A DNA stretch of 34,957 bases from a bacterium (GTDB lineage: Bacteria; Patescibacteriota; Kazan-3B-28): NCBI GenBank assembly GCA_043801895.1, contig JAZDLM010000006.1, positions 1 through 34,957 on the forward strand. The letters are read 5' to 3'. The first letter of the stretch is position 1. Each line of letters begins with the position of its first letter. This document shows, one piece after another, positions 31,871-34,957 of the stretch. The notes under the pieces were generated by a model. That model saw only the letters and a list, made by a program, of their open reading frames with translations, searched no databases and was not told where the DNA came from. Made by a program: the position numbers and the translations under genes.

Positions 31871-33220
31871 ATGAAAGATATTACCCCTCCTCAAAATCTG
31901 GACGCGGAAAAATCATTGCTCGGAGCGATGCTGCTGGATAAAACGGTGGTAGAGAAGACCATTGACATTGTGCGAGGCGAGGACTTCTACGATGAGCAGC
32001 ACGGCGCGATCTTTGAAGCGATCCGCGATTTGTATAACGAACATCGGCCAATTGATGTGGTGACGGTAGCTGATGCGTTGGAGGGCAAGGGGGTCTTAGA
32101 AAAAATCGGCGGTGCCAGTAAATTAGCGGCGCTGACCACTAGCCCGGTCAGCAGCGCGCACGCGGTGCAATATGCCGAGATCGTGGCCAATAAGGCCACC
32201 CTGCGCCGGCTGATTTCGGCGGCCAATACCATCGGAGGGCTGGCGTTGGCCGATAACATTAAGATGGAAGAGGTGCTCGACAAGTGCGAGCAGACCCTAT
32301 TTAATGTTTCACGAAAACATTTGCGCAGCTCTTTTGTCCCGGTGAAGGAATTTCTTAGCGGAGCCTTTGAACGGATCGACAGTTTGCATGAGAATCGCGG
32401 GAGCTTGCGGGGTATCTCGACCGGCTTCAAGGATTTAGATAATAAATTGGCCGGGCTGCAAAACTCTGACTTGATCATCATTGCCGCCCGCCCGAGTATG
32501 GGGAAAACATCGCTGGCCTTGAATATGGCGCTCAATGCCGCTCAGGTTGGGCATTTTGCTGTCGGCATTTTTAGCCTGGAAATGTCCAAGGAACAATTAT
32601 TAAATCGCTTATTGTCAGCCGTATCGGGGATCGACGCGTGGAAATTGCAAACCGGTAATTTAGCCGAAGGAGATTTTGCCGCGCTGTCGGAGGCGATGGG
32701 CGTGTTGGCCGAAGTGCCGATCTATGTTGATGACGCGGCTTTTGTTAATGTGATGGAAATCCGGACTAAAGCGCGGCGGCTGAAGTCGGAGAAGGGCTTA
32801 GACTTGTTGGTGATTGATCATATCCAGCTGATGGATGGAGCGATCAACCGCGAGAGTCGTGTGCAAGAAATGTCGGAGATTTCTCGGTCGCTTAAGGCGC
32901 TGGCCAAGGAATTGAATATCCCTGTCCTGGCGGTGTCACAGCTGTCGAGGGCGGTCGAGCAACGGCTCAGAAAAATCCCCCAATTATCCGACTTACGCGA
33001 GAGCGGCTCGATCGAGCAAGACGCGGATGTGGTAATGTTTGTTTATCGCGATGAATATTACAATCCTCAAAGCGAGCGCAAAAACATTGCCGATATTATC
33101 ATCGCCAAACATCGGAATGGGCCAGTGGGGCAGATAGAATTATTCTTCGATGCCAATCGGATGATGTTCCGTAGCCTAGAGCGCCACCGCTTAGAGGGAA
33201 AGCCAGTCGAGGTGGGCTAA
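31871..33220 (+). CDS. dnaB: Replicative DNA helicase
   Basis: PPQNLDAEKSLLGAMLLD N-terminal motif, Walker A ARPSMGKTSLAL and LVIDHIQLM. ATG 31871 is preferred over the track TTG 31853. Confidence 0.9.
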   Translation: MKDITPPQNLDAEKSLLGAMLLDKTVVEKTIDIVRGEDFYDEQHGAIFEAIRDLYNEHRPIDVVTVADALEGKGVLEKIGGASKLAALTTSPVSSAHAVQYAEIVANKATLRRLISAANTIGGLALADNIKMEEVLDKCEQTLFNVSRKHLRSSFVPVKEFLSGAFERIDSLHENRGSLRGISTGFKDLDNKLAGLQNSDLIIIAARPSMGKTSLALNMALNAAQVGHFAVGIFSLEMSKEQLLNRLLSAVSGIDAWKLQTGNLAEGDFAALSEAMGVLAEVPIYVDDAAFVNVMEIRTKARRLKSEKGLDLLVIDHIQLMDGAINRESRVQEMSEISRSLKALAKELNIPVLAVSQLSRAVEQRLRKIPQLSDLRESGSIEQDADVVMFVYRDEYYNPQSERKNIADIIIAKHRNGPVGQIELFFDANRMMFRSLERHRLEGKPVEVG

Positions 33221-33281
33221 CGGCGGCAAGGGAGCGTCGGGCCAGGCAGGGGAGCAGATTTTTCGGTATAATGATGGGGTA

Positions 33282-34595
33282 ATGTCCGCGACGATCAAGC
33301 CACCGAGCTCGGGGGAGGCCCCCCTACGGAAGCGACCTTTCTGGTTGCGATTTTTGGAGTGGGATTTACAGGCGGTAGTCGCTGGATCGGTAGCGCTGGC
33401 GCTAGTGATCGGCTTTAGTTTCGCGTCTGACCAGCCCTTAGCGGTTTTTGATTTTGGCGGGACGGCCGTTGACCATATTGCTCCCAATGCCACTCTGGTG
33501 GCGGGGGCAGTTAGTCTGTACCCCCAATCAGGACCCAACGGTATTGCTTATGGTTGGGCTAACGCTAGTGTCCAGGAGTTTGACGATCAGACCAACAATT
33601 TATTGCGGCGGGACTACAATGGCGGATTGTTGGCCGATACTTTTAAACTCTCTGGCTTAGAAGTTGGTTGGTACACCTTCAGGTTTGTGGTGGGTAGCAC
33701 GAGCGGTTCACTTACCGACCGAGTAGCAGTAGGGACGCAAGTGGTTGCTACTATCACCAGCCAAGCAAATGTGTGGACCACACGAGATATCGTTTACGAG
33801 GTGCGTCAGCTAGAAATCACTACGATTAACTTCTCATCTACTAACGGAGTGGACAATTGGGGGGTCAATGCGCTGTGGATCTTCCCGACTAATGAGGTGG
33901 TAGCCGACCCTACTTTTGAAGTCAGTCTGAACCCCGCCAACGGCGCAGTGGTGGCGGGTAAATCGATAGATGTGAATGTCGGGATTACACCCCTGGATGA
34001 TTACGGCTATCCCGTCAAACTTACTGCTCCCACACTGCCTGGTGGGGTCTCGCTATCTTTTACCCCCTCTATAGTTACCCCCCTACCCGGAAGCAGCACG
34101 GCGACGATCAGCACTAGCGCTAACTTAGCTCCAGCAACTTACAGCATCACGATTAAGGCTAGCGGTTTGGGCGATCCAAATTCACTTACCAAAACAGTCA
34201 ATTTTACTTTAGTGGTTACGGCTACCGAGGAAGAGAAAAAGGAAGAAGAGGAGAAAAAGGAGGAAGAGAAGGTTGAAGATGAAACGGCCGTGAGTATCGA
34301 CAAGGACTTTGCCTCTATCGACAGATATACCGAGGAGGTTGAGGGTAGGCAGATTGTGACCAAAGAAGAGGCAGACGCGATTATTAATACCTTTAGCAAC
34401 TTCTCGGCTTTTCCGGCGATGCCGTCTTTGCCAGTGCCCAAGACTAGAATCGAGACGGCTTTGCAGACATTAGTGGCTCTCGGTATAATAGAAATGCTGC
34501 CAGACAACGCCCCGCCCGGCGTCCCTGACTCCGGCCAAAAGGGCAATCTCTGGACGCAGCTTATAGACAGTGTGTTTAGTCCAGCTGGAGGATGA
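33282..34595 (+). CDS. Cell-surface hypothetical protein with an E/K-rich spacer
   Basis: N-terminal TM/signal anchor, beta-rich Thr/Ser/Val segments, an EEEKKEEEEKKEEEK low-complexity stretch and a C-terminal domain. Confidence 0.6.
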   Translation: MSATIKPPSSGEAPLRKRPFWLRFLEWDLQAVVAGSVALALVIGFSFASDQPLAVFDFGGTAVDHIAPNATLVAGAVSLYPQSGPNGIAYGWANASVQEFDDQTNNLLRRDYNGGLLADTFKLSGLEVGWYTFRFVVGSTSGSLTDRVAVGTQVVATITSQANVWTTRDIVYEVRQLEITTINFSSTNGVDNWGVNALWIFPTNEVVADPTFEVSLNPANGAVVAGKSIDVNVGITPLDDYGYPVKLTAPTLPGGVSLSFTPSIVTPLPGSSTATISTSANLAPATYSITIKASGLGDPNSLTKTVNFTLVVTATEEEKKEEEEKKEEEKVEDETAVSIDKDFASIDRYTEEVEGRQIVTKEEADAIINTFSNFSAFPAMPSLPVPKTRIETALQTLVALGIIEMLPDNAPPGVPDSGQKGNLWTQLIDSVFSPAGG

Positions 34596-34780
34596 GTATA
34601 ATGAATAAAAATTTCGTAAGAGCGTTCAAGGCAGAGGCCAAGCGCCAGGAGACATTTACCAACTCGTTTTGGCGTCAGCTAGCGGTGATTTTAGTGTCCA
34701 TCGTCATTATCAACTTCCTGGGGCCGCAGCTCATCTTTTACGGCACCAACATCACGACCGACTGGAGCATGTTCTTCTAG
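34592..34780 (+). CDS. Small membrane protein
   Basis: 62-aa ORF with an ATGA overlap on the upstream stop and one hydrophobic helix. An alternative ATG is at 34601. Confidence 0.4.
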   Translation: MSIMNKNFVRAFKAEAKRQETFTNSFWRQLAVILVSIVIINFLGPQLIFYGTNITTDWSMFF

Positions 34781-34900
34781 GCCGGCCAGGGACGAGCGAG
34801 AGTAGAGATTACCGCTCCGGTGAAGGGGAGAACCGGATACCAGAGGGCGGTTTTGGTATGATAAAATGCAATCGGATTCAATATTTTTTAGTTTCTAGCT

Positions 34901-34957
34901 ATGTCTAGAAGAGCCAGGTTACGCAAGGCCAGAAAACTAGCTGATAGGCAGATTATT
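34901..34957 (+). CDS. Start of an ORF running off the window (MSRRARLRKARKLADRQII...)
   Basis: ATG with an open frame to the window end. Only 19 codons are visible. Confidence 0.25.
   Translation, partial: MSRRARLRKARKLADRQII

Noticed and set aside
1-34957. tRNA, rRNA, tmRNA or RNase P genes
   Set aside because: I scanned the intergenic gaps by eye and found no cloverleaf-like tRNA (no GTTCRANNC T-loop in a suitable context) and no rRNA-like segment. A proper tRNAscan/Infernal run would still be needed to be sure.

Overview
The gene content suggests a small-genome, probably CPR/Patescibacteria-like bacterium; this is an inference, not a database result. The backbone is a division/cell-wall cluster: ftsI, murF, mraY and an ABC exporter, then murD, ftsW, murG, two sortase-like genes, murC (split) and ftsQ, followed by dnaX and dnaB. 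About 16 kb of accessory DNA interrupts this cluster. Part of it is single-gene promoter-ORF-terminator cassettes encoding secreted, Cys-rich or membrane hypotheticals. It also carries a Memo-like gene, Gmad2/GerMN genes, rpoD and truB.

The standout locus is 16.5-19.1 kb. A 390-aa protein there carries the helix-hairpin-helix signature shared by IS110 recombinases and Nop-domain proteins, but by eye it lacks the IS110 catalytic residues. It is flanked by about 1.4 kb of non-coding DNA. That DNA resolves into hairpin modules of fixed geometry: edge stem, 12 nt unpaired, inner hairpin, 12 nt unpaired, edge stem. Twelve modules form a tandem array directly downstream and at least two lie upstream. 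Stems are conserved or co-vary while the 12-mers differ, which is repeat/spacer logic without CRISPR repeats. The two minimal modules span 12+12+12 = 36 nt between edge halves. This resembles box C/D dual-guide sRNAs, IS110 bridge RNAs and especially the recently reported TIGR-Tas systems. It needs experimental and computational confirmation.

Secondary observations:
- murC is split at an A-run with an ATGA overlap.
- Both sortase-like paralogs have Ser in place of the nucleophile Cys.
- The dnaX leader is a TTAGGG-like G-tract repeat.
- A roughly 190-nt nested palindrome lies after ftsQ, and part of it recurs as an in-frame insertion in murD.
- A duplicated two-hairpin motif precedes two unknown ORFs.

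No tRNA, rRNA or CRISPR array was seen.
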